A stretch of DNA of 60,602 bases. It comes from Hyphomicrobiaceae bacterium (GTDB lineage Bacteria > Pseudomonadota > Alphaproteobacteria > Rhizobiales > Hyphomicrobiaceae). The notes under the pieces were generated by a model that did no database searches, had not been told where the DNA came from, and saw only the letters and a program-made list of their open reading frames with translations. The stretch lies in the NCBI GenBank assembly GCA_044868325.1, contig JBIOWI010000354.1, positions 1-60,602 of the forward strand. Reading direction: 5' to 3'. Shown here piece by piece: positions 26,028-35,970 of the stretch; the first letter of the stretch is position 1, and each line of letters opens with the position of its first letter. A program made the position numbers and the translations under genes.

Positions 26028-26066
26028 GGTTGGCGCAATGGTGTCAGACACGGAGGGTCTGACACC
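26028..26066. repeat. Family A hairpin plus tail (reverse orientation)
   Basis: GGTTGGCGCAATG tail, then GGTGTCAGACacggaggGTCTGACACC. Confidence 0.8.
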
Positions 26067-26083
26067 AGACGCAAGGAGACAGG

Positions 26084-27112
26084 ATGCTCCGCCTCTCCGT
26101 GCTGGACCAGTCGTTCGCCGTGGTGGATCGCCCCCATGCGCAGTCGATCCGCGACACGGTCGCGCTCGCGCGGCTCTGCGATACGCTGGGCTACCACCGC
26201 TTCTGGGTCTCCGAGCATCACAACCACGCCAGCATCGCCGGCACCGCGCCCGAGATTCTGATTGCCGCCATCGCCGGCGTCACCCAGCGCATCCGGATCG
26301 GCAGCGCCGGGGTGATGCTGCCGCACTACTCCCCGCTGCATGTGGCCGAGCAGTTCCTGGTGCTGGAGGCCCTGGCGCCGGGCCGCATCGACTTGGGGCT
26401 GGGGCGCGCGCCGGGCTCCGACGGGCGCACGGCCTTCGCGCTGCATCCGCTCGCCAACGAGCGCCCGGCCCAGTTCCCCGCCGACGTGCGCGATGCGATC
26501 GCGTGGACCTCGGGGGCGCCGCTGCCGGAGGGGCACCCGTTCCGCTCGGTGAAAGCGCATCCTCTGTCGGAGACGGCGCCCGAGGTGTGGATGCTGGGCA
26601 GCTCCGACTACGGCGCGCAGGTGGCGGCGCACTTCGGCCTTCCCTACGCCTTCGCCTGGTTCTTCACCGACGGCAAGGGCGGCCCCGAGGCACTCGACAT
26701 CTACCGCAAGCTCTACAAACCGAGCGCGCGCCACCCTGAGCCGCACGCCGCCCTGTGCATCTGGGCGCTGGCCGCCGAGACCGAGGAAGAGGCGCGCTTC
26801 CAGTTCTCGTCGCGGGCACTGGTGCGCCTGTTGCGCGACATGGGGCTGTTCGTGCCGATCGAGCCGCCCGCCGTGGCGGCCGCGCATCCCTTTACGGAGT
26901 CGGAGCGCGCCCGCATGGACCGGATGTACCGGGATTCGTTCGTCGGCACCGGCCCCCAGGTGGCGGAGCGCATCGCGGAGCTGGCGAAGCGCCTCGCCGC
27001 GCAGGAGATGGCCGTCGTCACCTGGGCCTACGACGAGGCCGTGCGCCACACGAGCTACCGCCTGCTGGCCGAGGCGATGGGGCTCGACCGGGGTCAGACC
27101 CTGCGGGTCTGA
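26084..27112 (+). CDS. LLM-class (luciferase-like) flavin-dependent oxidoreductase
   Basis: 342 aa of YhbW/luciferase-like sequence (LGYHRFWVSEHHN, GSAGVMLPHYSP). AAGGAG RBS is present. Confidence 0.9.
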   Translation: MLRLSVLDQSFAVVDRPHAQSIRDTVALARLCDTLGYHRFWVSEHHNHASIAGTAPEILIAAIAGVTQRIRIGSAGVMLPHYSPLHVAEQFLVLEALAPGRIDLGLGRAPGSDGRTAFALHPLANERPAQFPADVRDAIAWTSGAPLPEGHPFRSVKAHPLSETAPEVWMLGSSDYGAQVAAHFGLPYAFAWFFTDGKGGPEALDIYRKLYKPSARHPEPHAALCIWALAAETEEEARFQFSSRALVRLLRDMGLFVPIEPPAVAAAHPFTESERARMDRMYRDSFVGTGPQVAERIAELAKRLAAQEMAVVTWAYDEAVRHTSYRLLAEAMGLDRGQTLRV

Positions 27113-27232
27113 CCCCGTGGCACAACCTCTGGATATTGCACCGAACCGCGCTCCGGTCTCGCGCGTATTGTGTTCTTAGTCCGCGAAATCGACAGGTCCT
27201 ACCATGGGGTCAGACTCGCAGGGTCTGACCCC
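27090..27232. repeat. Family A composite element (two hairpins plus a ~90-bp core)
   Basis: GGGGTCAGACCCTGCGGGTCTGACCCC plus GTGGCACAACC at 27090-27127, and GGGGTCAGACtcgcaGGGTCTGACCCC at 27206-27232. The first hairpin overlaps the last codons and stop of the LLM gene. Confidence 0.9.
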
Positions 27233-27238
27233 TTCTCC

Positions 27239-28078
27239 TCAATCCGCCGAGCCCAGCGTGACGCCGCCGTCGATCACGACCTGCGCGCCGGTCATGTAGT
27301 CCGACGCCGGCGAGGCCAGGAACAGGGCGAGGCCCATGATCTCGTCGGGGCTGGCGATGCGCTTCAGCGGCACCGAGCGCGCGTGGTGCTCGCGCAGTGC
27401 CGGCTCGCGCTGCAGACGGCCCCCAGCGATGTTGGTGAGGAAGGGTCCGGGCGCCATGGCGTTGACCTTGATGTTGTACCTGGCCAGCTCCAGCGCCGCC
27501 TGGCGCACGAGGTGCGCCGCCCCGGCCTTGGCGACGGGATAGGGCGTGCCGATCACGGTCTCCGTCTTCAGCGCGGCAATCGAGGTGGTGACGATAATGC
27601 GCCCGCCGCCGCTCGCCTTCATGTGGCGGACGGCAGCCTGGATGGTGCGGAGCACGCCCGTCAGGTTGGTGTCGACTATGGCCGTCCAGCGCTCCGGCGC
27701 GATGGCCTCGATCGCGGTCTCCTCCGGGCGCCGGCCGTCGGCGGTGAGGAAGCCCGGCCCGCCGCTGATGCCGGCATTGGCGAACACCACGTCGATCCTG
27801 CCGAACGCGGCGGCCGTGGCGTCGAACGCCCGCTCCAGCGTGGCGGCATCGGTGACATCCGCCACTTCGCCGATCACCTGCGCATCGTCCGCGGCAGCCT
27901 CCACGGCCGCCGCGGCCTCGCCGAGCCGCTGCGCATCGCGGTCGATCATGGCGACGTTGGCGCCATTTGCGGCCAGCACCCGGGCGCACGCGAGGCCGAT
28001 GCCACTCGCAGCCCCCGTCACGAGGGTGCCGAGGCCCCGTACATTGAACAGCTCCTCAGCCTTCACGACGGCCTCCAC
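27239..28078 (-). CDS. SDR-family oxidoreductase
   Basis: TGAASGIG Rossmann motif, the YxxxK region (YPVAKAGAAHL) and a C-terminal VIDGG. Confidence 0.9.
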   Translation of the reverse strand: MEAVVKAEELFNVRGLGTLVTGAASGIGLACARVLAANGANVAMIDRDAQRLGEAAAAVEAAADDAQVIGEVADVTDAATLERAFDATAAAFGRIDVVFANAGISGGPGFLTADGRRPEETAIEAIAPERWTAIVDTNLTGVLRTIQAAVRHMKASGGGRIIVTTSIAALKTETVIGTPYPVAKAGAAHLVRQAALELARYNIKVNAMAPGPFLTNIAGGRLQREPALREHHARSVPLKRIASPDEIMGLALFLASPASDYMTGAQVVIDGGVTLGSAD

Positions 28079-28300
28079 GGGTTCCCTCTCGCGCGCACAC
28101 AGGCCGAGGGTGGTTCCGACACTGCGACGACGTTTCGCAGGTCAAAGAGACGCATACAGTGGACTCAAGCTTATTCGACTCAAGCTTGTTCACTGGGCCG
28201 TGAGGTGACCTTTTACGCGCTGGATGCGGCATCATTTTAACCATCACCGGGCGTGATTGCGATGCTCGGGCGGACCAACCACTGGCAACGAGAGAAGACC

Positions 28301-28444
28301 ATGCGAAGGATCGCTTCAGCGCTAATCGCTCTGTCTGTCCTCGCCGGCGTGGCGACCTCAGCCGGCGCGCAAACGAAGGAAGATGAGGCGAGGAGAGACT
28401 TCTGGAAGGACCAGGAGTGGAAGAACCCTCCGAGCGGAAACTGA
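28301..28444 (+). CDS. possible small secreted peptide
   Basis: 47 aa: signal MRRIASALIALSVLAGVATSAGA, then a ~24-aa charged, Trp-containing peptide. The RBS is weak. Confidence 0.35.
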   Translation: MRRIASALIALSVLAGVATSAGAQTKEDEARRDFWKDQEWKNPPSGN

Positions 28445-28560
28445 AAGCTGTGGGAGCCCGGCCAACGTGCCGGGCTTCTGCGTCCGGCGGGTGGTGAATC
28501 GCGAATAGCAATGGTCGCGGTTGCCGATGTTGCGTTACGGCCCTTCGGGTCTAGCGCAAC

Positions 28561-29253
28561 CTACGTCGGCGGGCGTGTCGGGCGCGGATGGCCCGATCCG
28601 ATCTCCCCGATTCGGTCTCCGCTCAGGCGGCAGACGGCCGCCATCAGCTCCCGGGGCGAACTGCAGAGCCCCGAGGCGCCGGTAAGCTCCTCGAGGCTGC
28701 CATAGCCCCAGGTCACGCCGAGAGTGCGGATGCCGTTGCGGGTTGCAGCCACTACATCGAAGGCGCGGTCGCCGACCATGAGCGCGTTCTCGGGATCGAC
28801 CGCCTCGTGCCGGACGATGTGGGCGATGAGATCGGCCTTGTGGTCGTTGGTGCCGTCCAGCTCGGGGCCATGGATGGCGTGGAAATGAGCGGCCAGGCCG
28901 AAGTGCTCCAGGATCGGCTGCGCGTAGTGGCGCGGCTTCGAGGTGGCGACGATGAGGCGGTGCCCCGCGGCCCGCAGGGCGGCCAGCACCTCGGGAATGC
29001 CGTCGTAGACGATGGCGTCGAGCATGGCGCCGCCGACGTAGCTTTCGCGGTAGTAGCCGATCGCCTCCTCGACGCGGTCCGGGGAGCCCAAGAGCCTCGG
29101 GAACGACACCCGGAACGGCGGCCCGATCAGCCACAGCAGCTCTTGCGCCGGCGGCACCGCATGCCCGAGCCTTGCCAGCGCGTATTGCACCGAGCCGATC
29201 AGGCCCGGCCTGGGATCGACCAGCGTGCCGTCCATATCGAAGAGGATGTCCAT
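28561..29253 (-). CDS. HAD-family hydrolase (phosphoglycolate-phosphatase-like)
   Basis: MDILFDMDGTLVD (DxDGT motif), ATSKP, and GDRAFDV. Confidence 0.85.
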   Translation of the reverse strand: MDILFDMDGTLVDPRPGLIGSVQYALARLGHAVPPAQELLWLIGPPFRVSFPRLLGSPDRVEEAIGYYRESYVGGAMLDAIVYDGIPEVLAALRAAGHRLIVATSKPRHYAQPILEHFGLAAHFHAIHGPELDGTNDHKADLIAHIVRHEAVDPENALMVGDRAFDVVAATRNGIRTLGVTWGYGSLEELTGASGLCSSPRELMAAVCRLSGDRIGEIGSGHPRPTRPPT

Positions 29254-29290
29254 GCGTCTCCCTCTCCCGGCGCAACGACCGGATCGGGAT

Positions 29291-29370
29291 GGTGTCAGAC
29301 CCTCTGGGTCTGACACCATTGCACAACCTTGCCTTGGAGCCATGGTGTCAGATCCAGAGGGTCTGACACC
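29291..29370. repeat. Family A composite element (two hairpins, short core)
   Basis: GGTGTCAGACCCTCTGGGTCTGACACC plus ATTGCACAACC, then GGTGTCAGATCCAGAGGGTCTGACACC. It abuts the smc stop codon. Confidence 0.9.
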
Positions 29371-32300
29371 TACGCCGCCTCGGTGAACTTCTGGGCGGTC
29401 TCCAGGTCTACGGAGACGAGCTGGCTCACGCCCTTCTCCGCCATGGTGACCCCGAACAGGCGGTTCATGCGCGACATGGTCATGGGGTGGTGGGTGATCG
29501 CCAGGAAGCGCGTGTCGGTGTCGGCGGCCATCTTCTCCAGGAGCGTGCAGAAGCGGTCCACGTTGGCGTCGTCGAGGGGCGCGTCCACCTCGTCCAGCAC
29601 GCAGATCGGCGACGGGTTGGTGAGGAACACCGCGAAGATCAGGGCCATGGCGGTGAGCGACTGCTCGCCGCCCGACAGCAGGGAGAGGGTGGTGGGCTTC
29701 TTGCCAGGGGGCTTGGCGACGATCTCCAGGCCCACCTCCAGCGGGTCCTCCGCCTCGGTCATCTCCAGCCTGGCCTCGCCGCCGCCGAACAGGGTGGTGA
29801 ACAGGTTGCGGAAGTGCGTGTCCACCGCGTCGAAGGCCGCCTGCAGCCGGCTCTCGCCCTCCTTGTTGATCTCCGCGATGGCGCCGCGCAGCTTGGCGAT
29901 GGCCGCCTCCACGTCGGCCTTGTCCTTGTGCATGCCCTCGTGCTCGCCGGCGATGCGGGCCAGGTCCTCGTCGGCCTGCAGGTTGACGCCGCCCAGCCGC
30001 TCGCGGTCGGCCTTGAGTCTCGCGAGCTCGCGATCGGCGTCGGCGAGGGCAGGCAGCTCGGCGTCGTCCGGGAGCTCGGCCAGCCGCAGGCACTCCTCCG
30101 GCGCGACGGTCATGGTCTCGCGGATGCGGCGGGCCTCCTCGCTGCGGCGGACGCGGGCGCCCTCCAGCCGGGCCTCGATGCGCGCGCGCGCCTCGCGCTC
30201 GTCCGCCACGGCGGCCTGGGCCGCGCGCAGGGCCTGCGCCGCCTGGCGATGCGCGGCCTCGGCGGCGGCTTGGGCGTCGGCCGCGGCCTTGCGCTCGGCC
30301 TCGGCCTTGCTCAGCTCGTGGAGGAGCTTCTGGCGCTGTTGCTCCACCATGGCCGGCAGGCCGGCCAGGCGCTCGATCTCCGACTTGGCCTCGGCACCGC
30401 GATGATCGAGGCTGGCGCTCTGCCTGCGCGCGCCCTCCGAGCGCTGCCGGCACCGCTCGGTCTCGGCGGCGATGGCCTTCAGCCGGTCCGAGCGGGCGCG
30501 GTGCTCGCGCTCCAGGGTGATCAGCTCGGTCTTGGCCTCGGTGAGGCGCGAGCGCAGCTCGCCGGCCCTGTCCTGGGCGGCGGCCAGCTCCGCCTCCAGC
30601 GGCGCGGTGTCGCCCAGCGCATCGACGGCCACCTCGGTCTCGGCGACCTGCTCGTGCGCCTCCATGAGCGCCTCCTGGGTGCGCTCCTTGGCGTCGGCGA
30701 CGCCGGCCAGCTTGGCCTCGGTCTCGCGCGCCTGACGCTCCATGGCGGTCAGCCGCTCGCGCGTCTCAGCGAGCCTGCTCTGGCAGTCGCGCCACATCTG
30801 GCGCAGCTGGCGCTCGTCGGCCTGCGCCTTGCGATGCGCCTCAGTGGCCGCCTCCGCCGCCGCGCGGGCCGCCTCGGCAGCCTGCCGCTGCGCCTGCTCC
30901 TGCTCGATGAGGAGCCCCAGCCGGCCGCGCTCGCGCAGGCGGCTCGCCGCGGCGATGGCGCCCTGGGCCGAGGCGACGAAGCCGTCCCAGCGCCACAGGT
31001 CGCCCTCAACGGATACGAGCCGCTGCCCCGGCTTCAGGAAGCGCTGCAGCCGTGGGCCGTCGCGCCCCGCCACCACGCCGACCTGCTTGACGCGCCGCGC
31101 CAGCTCGGGCGGGCCGACGACATGCGCGGCGAGCGGCTCCACGCCCTTGGGCAGGCCGGCGTCCATCTCCCCGCCCGGGTTCATGGTCCAGCGCGCCGGC
31201 GCGTCGTCCGCCACCGGCGCGTCGAGGTCGTCGCCCAGGGCCGCGGCCAGCGCCAGCTCGAAGCCGGAGGCCACCTTCACCTGGTCGAGCACCGGCGGGA
31301 TGCCGCTGTCGTCGGCCGGCTTCAGGAGCTTGGCCAGCGTCTCCATCTCGGTGCGGATCTGGCCGGCTGCCAGGGTGGCCTGCGCCGATGCATCGCTGGA
31401 CGCCTTGGCGTGGGCGGCGGCGGCCTGCACGGCCTCCTCGGCGGCGACGGTCTTGCGCTCGATGTCGGCGATGTCGGCCATCAGCCTCTGGCCGACCTCG
31501 GTGGCGGCCTTGAGCTTGGCGGCGTCGGGCGCACGGCCGACGATCTCGCGCGTCTGCTGCTCCAGGGCGACCAGCTGGCGCTGCAGCTTGGCGGCGCGCT
31601 CCTGGCGCTCGCGCAGCTGCCCCTCAAGGGTCTGGCGCCGCGCTCGGGCCTGAGCCACCGCGTGGGTCAGCTCGCTCAGGCGGGCCTCGGCGCCGCCCAG
31701 AGCAGACTCGGACTCGTCGTAGGCGGCGAGCGCCTTCTGCTCGAAGTCGGCGGCCAGCTTGGCGGTGGACTCCAGCGAGACCGTCTCGGCCTCCAGGCGG
31801 GCCAAGGTATCCTTGGCCTCCTCGATGAGCGATTCCTCGCGGGCCTTGTCACGCTCAAGCTGGGCAACGCGGCCCTCCAGCTCGCGCAGGCGCTCCGCGG
31901 TGCGCTGGGCCTCGCGCTCCAGGTTGTCGTGCTCCACCTTGATGCGCTGCAGGACGACGCCCTTGGCCGCCTCCCGCTCGCGCAGGGGCTGGATGGCGGC
32001 GGCGGCCTCGGCCTCGGCAGCCACCGCCTGAGCCTCCCTCCGGGTCGCATGCCCGAGCTTCTCCAGGGCGGCGGCCAGCTCCGCCTCGTCGGCCTCCACC
32101 TGGCCCTGCGCCTCCAGCCAGCGCAGATAGAGCACCACCGCGTCGAGCCTGCGGATCTCGGTGGACAGCTCCTTGTAGCGCCGCGCCTGGCGGGCCTGCC
32201 GCTTCAGGCTTTCTATCTGGGAATCGAGTTGTCCCAGCACATCGTTAAGGCGCGCCAGGTTCGCCTCCGCCGCCTTGAGGCGCAGCTCCGCCTCGTGGCG

Positions 32301-32828
32301 GCGGCTGTGCAGGCCGGCGATGCCGGCGGCATCCTCCAGGATGCGCCGGCGCTTCTCTGGCTTGGCATTCACAAGCTCGCCGATCTGGCCCTGGCGCACC
32401 AGCGCCGGCGAGCGCGCACCCGTGGCGGCGTCCTCGAACAGGATGCGCACGTCGCGCGCCCGCACCTCCCTGCCGTTGATGCGGTAGGCCGAGCCCGCCT
32501 CGCGCTCGATGCGGCGCGTGACATCGAGCGTGTCCTCGCCGTTGAACTCGGCCGGCGCCTGGCGGCTGCTGTTGTCGAGGAAGATCGTCACCTCGGCGGT
32601 GTTGCGGGCGGGCCGACCGGTGGTGCCGGAGAAGATCACGTCGTCCATGGCCGCGGCGCGCATGCTGGAGTGCGAGGTCTCGCCCATCACCCAGCGCAGG
32701 GCCTCCAGCAGGTTGGACTTGCCGCAGCCGTTCGGCCCGACCACGCCGGTCAGGCCCTTCTCGATCAGAAGCTCGGTCGGCTCGACGAACGACTTGAAGC
32801 CGACCAGGCGCAGCCGGATGATATGCAT
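29370..32828 (-). CDS. smc: Chromosome partition protein SMC
   Basis: 1152 aa. Walker A GPNGCGKSN at the N-terminus, long coiled coils, a hinge, and a C-terminal LSGGE signature and Walker B (VLDEVDAPLD). Confidence 0.95.
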   Translation of the reverse strand: MHIIRLRLVGFKSFVEPTELLIEKGLTGVVGPNGCGKSNLLEALRWVMGETSHSSMRAAAMDDVIFSGTTGRPARNTAEVTIFLDNSSRQAPAEFNGEDTLDVTRRIEREAGSAYRINGREVRARDVRILFEDAATGARSPALVRQGQIGELVNAKPEKRRRILEDAAGIAGLHSRRHEAELRLKAAEANLARLNDVLGQLDSQIESLKRQARQARRYKELSTEIRRLDAVVLYLRWLEAQGQVEADEAELAAALEKLGHATRREAQAVAAEAEAAAAIQPLREREAAKGVVLQRIKVEHDNLEREAQRTAERLRELEGRVAQLERDKAREESLIEEAKDTLARLEAETVSLESTAKLAADFEQKALAAYDESESALGGAEARLSELTHAVAQARARRQTLEGQLRERQERAAKLQRQLVALEQQTREIVGRAPDAAKLKAATEVGQRLMADIADIERKTVAAEEAVQAAAAHAKASSDASAQATLAAGQIRTEMETLAKLLKPADDSGIPPVLDQVKVASGFELALAAALGDDLDAPVADDAPARWTMNPGGEMDAGLPKGVEPLAAHVVGPPELARRVKQVGVVAGRDGPRLQRFLKPGQRLVSVEGDLWRWDGFVASAQGAIAAASRLRERGRLGLLIEQEQAQRQAAEAARAAAEAATEAHRKAQADERQLRQMWRDCQSRLAETRERLTAMERQARETEAKLAGVADAKERTQEALMEAHEQVAETEVAVDALGDTAPLEAELAAAQDRAGELRSRLTEAKTELITLEREHRARSDRLKAIAAETERCRQRSEGARRQSASLDHRGAEAKSEIERLAGLPAMVEQQRQKLLHELSKAEAERKAAADAQAAAEAAHRQAAQALRAAQAAVADEREARARIEARLEGARVRRSEEARRIRETMTVAPEECLRLAELPDDAELPALADADRELARLKADRERLGGVNLQADEDLARIAGEHEGMHKDKADVEAAIAKLRGAIAEINKEGESRLQAAFDAVDTHFRNLFTTLFGGGEARLEMTEAEDPLEVGLEIVAKPPGKKPTTLSLLSGGEQSLTAMALIFAVFLTNPSPICVLDEVDAPLDDANVDRFCTLLEKMAADTDTRFLAITHHPMTMSRMNRLFGVTMAEKGVSQLVSVDLETAQKFTEAA

Positions 32829-32891
32829 GGGGACCCGCGGTCCTTCATGTGGGCTTGCACGCGATACGCCGCACGCAGGGAAGAAAGCAGC

Positions 32892-33743
32892 TCAACGGGA
32901 CGCGGCATCGGCCGCCCGCCTCGCCAGCACCGGGTCGATCATCTCCCGGATCTCCGCGATCCCGATCGCCTTCTTCACCAGCTTGCCGTCGATGAAGAAA
33001 TTCGGCGTCCCGATGATGCCGAGGTTGCGCCCGCGCTCCTTGATCCCGTTGATCGCGGCAATCATGCCGCGATTCTCGCGGCAGCTGTCAAACTGCGCCC
33101 GGGTCATCCCCACCTGCGCCGCCACCTGGAAGATGGGGTCGGGTCGCACCTCCTGGCTCACCCAGGAGGGCTGCTGGGCCATGAGCTTCTCGTAAAGCAC
33201 GAAATACCTGTCGGGCGGCGCGCACCTGAGCGCGATGGTGGCGAGCCCCGACTGCTTGCCGATGGGGAACTCGGCGCGCAGGATGTAGCGCACCTTGCCG
33301 GTGTCGATGTACTCGCGCTTGAGGACAGGAAACGACTCGGCGTGGAACCTGCGGCAGTGGGGGCAGGTCATCGACGCGTACTGGACGATGGCGACCGGCG
33401 CGTCCTTGCGCCCCAGCGCCATCTCCGGCAGCGCGCCCGGCTTCAGAATCTCATCGAGCGTCGGGTTCTCCATCACCTCTCGCCGCCCGATCTCCGTGTC
33501 GGGCGCATCGGAGAACGGGTTGAAGGCTTGCCCGGCATCGGCCGTCATGAGTCCGGAGGCCGCGGGGGTTGCGGCAGAGGCAGCCACGGGCGACTTTTCG
33601 GCAAGCGTGAAGCCCTCTCCGCCGCATCCAGGGAGCACGGCGGCGAGTAAGAGAAGCGCGGCAACCGGGAATCGCGTCCGCAACGGGGCCTCGTCTTCGG
33701 CTAAGGTCTCAGGGTGTGAGCACCGGGGCGATGGCCTTGTCAA
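32892..33743 (-). CDS. DsbA-family thiol:disulfide oxidoreductase (lipoprotein-like N-terminus)
   Basis: CPHC active site (MTCPHCRRFH) and an LPGC lipobox-like motif. The ATG at 33743 overlaps the upstream paralog by 35 nt, so the real start may be an internal non-ATG codon. Confidence 0.8.
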   Translation of the reverse strand: MTRPSPRCSHPETLAEDEAPLRTRFPVAALLLLAAVLPGCGGEGFTLAEKSPVAASAATPAASGLMTADAGQAFNPFSDAPDTEIGRREVMENPTLDEILKPGALPEMALGRKDAPVAIVQYASMTCPHCRRFHAESFPVLKREYIDTGKVRYILRAEFPIGKQSGLATIALRCAPPDRYFVLYEKLMAQQPSWVSQEVRPDPIFQVAAQVGMTRAQFDSCRENRGMIAAINGIKERGRNLGIIGTPNFFIDGKLVKKAIGIAEIREMIDPVLARRAADAASR

Positions 33744-34416
33744 AGTCCTCGATGGTCGCCCCGGCCAGCCGCTTGCCGTTGACGAAGAAGGTGGGCGTAG
33801 ACCTCACGCCGAACTCTGTGCCGCGGTCGCGCTGCGCCAGCAGGTTCTTGAGCAGCTTCTCGTTCTGCCGACACTGGTCGAACGCCTGCTTGGTGAAGCC
33901 GACCTGCTGGGCATAGCCGAACAGCTTCGTCAGAAAGTCGGCCTTGGCGGGCACCCAGTCCTCCTGCTTGGAGAACAGCACCGAGATGAGGGGCAGCGCC
34001 CGGTCGTTGCCGGCGCAACGGGCCACCATGGATGCCAGCGCGGCGCGCTCGTCGAAGGGGAACTCGCGGAACACCAGCTTCACCTTGCCGGTGTCGATGT
34101 ACTTCTGCTTGAGCACCGGCAGCACCTTGTTGTGGAACTCGGCGCAGTGCGGGCACGTCATGGACGCGTACTCGACGATGGTCACCGGCGCGTCCTCCTT
34201 GCCGATCGCGAGATCGGGGAGGCCGGGGGTCGGCTTCGTCAGGTCCGCAGTGTTCCGCTTGGGCTTGTTGCGCTGACGGGTGGCCGTCTCCGTGCGCGAG
34301 CCGCGCGAGGTCACGAGGCTGACGACGAGACCGGCGGTCGCGAGAATCGCGGCGCCGAGCATGACCCGCCGCGAGAGGAATGGCTCGCGTTCGGTCGTGT
34401 TGAGCGTCTTGGTCAC
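33709..34416 (-). CDS. DsbA-family thiol:disulfide oxidoreductase
   Basis: N-terminal TM anchor, CPHC active site (MTCPHCAEFH) and a DsbA-like fold sequence. Confidence 0.85.
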   Translation of the reverse strand: MTKTLNTTEREPFLSRRVMLGAAILATAGLVVSLVTSRGSRTETATRQRNKPKRNTADLTKPTPGLPDLAIGKEDAPVTIVEYASMTCPHCAEFHNKVLPVLKQKYIDTGKVKLVFREFPFDERAALASMVARCAGNDRALPLISVLFSKQEDWVPAKADFLTKLFGYAQQVGFTKQAFDQCRQNEKLLKNLLAQRDRGTEFGVRSTPTFFVNGKRLAGATIEDFDKAIAPVLTP

Positions 34417-34493
34417 AGGCGCAAGCTCCCCAATTTGAAACGGCGCGCAGCCACGGATGGGACCGCCAGCGCCCTGAGGCGTGCGGCTGGGAC

Positions 34494-34559
34494 GGGGTCA
34501 GACCCCTTTCGATTGCCGTCCCGGGGAAATCGAGACGTTGGGGAAAGGGGTCTGACCCC
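34494..34559. repeat. Family A long hairpin
   Basis: GGGGTCAGACCCCTTTC (34494-34510) pairs with GAAAGGGGTCTGACCCC (34543-34559). Confidence 0.85.
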
Positions 34560-34721
34560 GTTCGACGTCTGTCTACGCGGCGTCCGTGCCTCGATCACGT
34601 CCCGCAGTGGCGACTTCTTGTCCCAGGGCACATGCCCCCGTCAAGGCCGTTGTGGGAGCGTTGCGGGCCGAGGCATGCCACGCTGGCGCAAACTTGATTC
34701 GGAGGGAGGGCCGGGCGGCCG

Positions 34722-35840
<1,119 letters not shown>

Positions 35841-35970
35841 CTCTCCGCCAAGCCGATCTGCAAAGCGTGCCCCGGCCGATGCCCCTGGCCCTTTTCTGAC
35901 ATATTCCGCGCGCCTCATTCGCATGCTCACGGGGCAGATCAACGACGCCATGCAGCGAGGGAGGCCAACG

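Noticed and set aside
29370-32828. The SMC gene as part of a defence system (Wadjet/Lamassu-type).
   Set aside because: It is a full-length canonical 1152-aa SMC in the conserved smc-dsbA-mutY housekeeping context. There are no JetA/B/D- or LmuA-type partners, so it is the chromosomal condensin.
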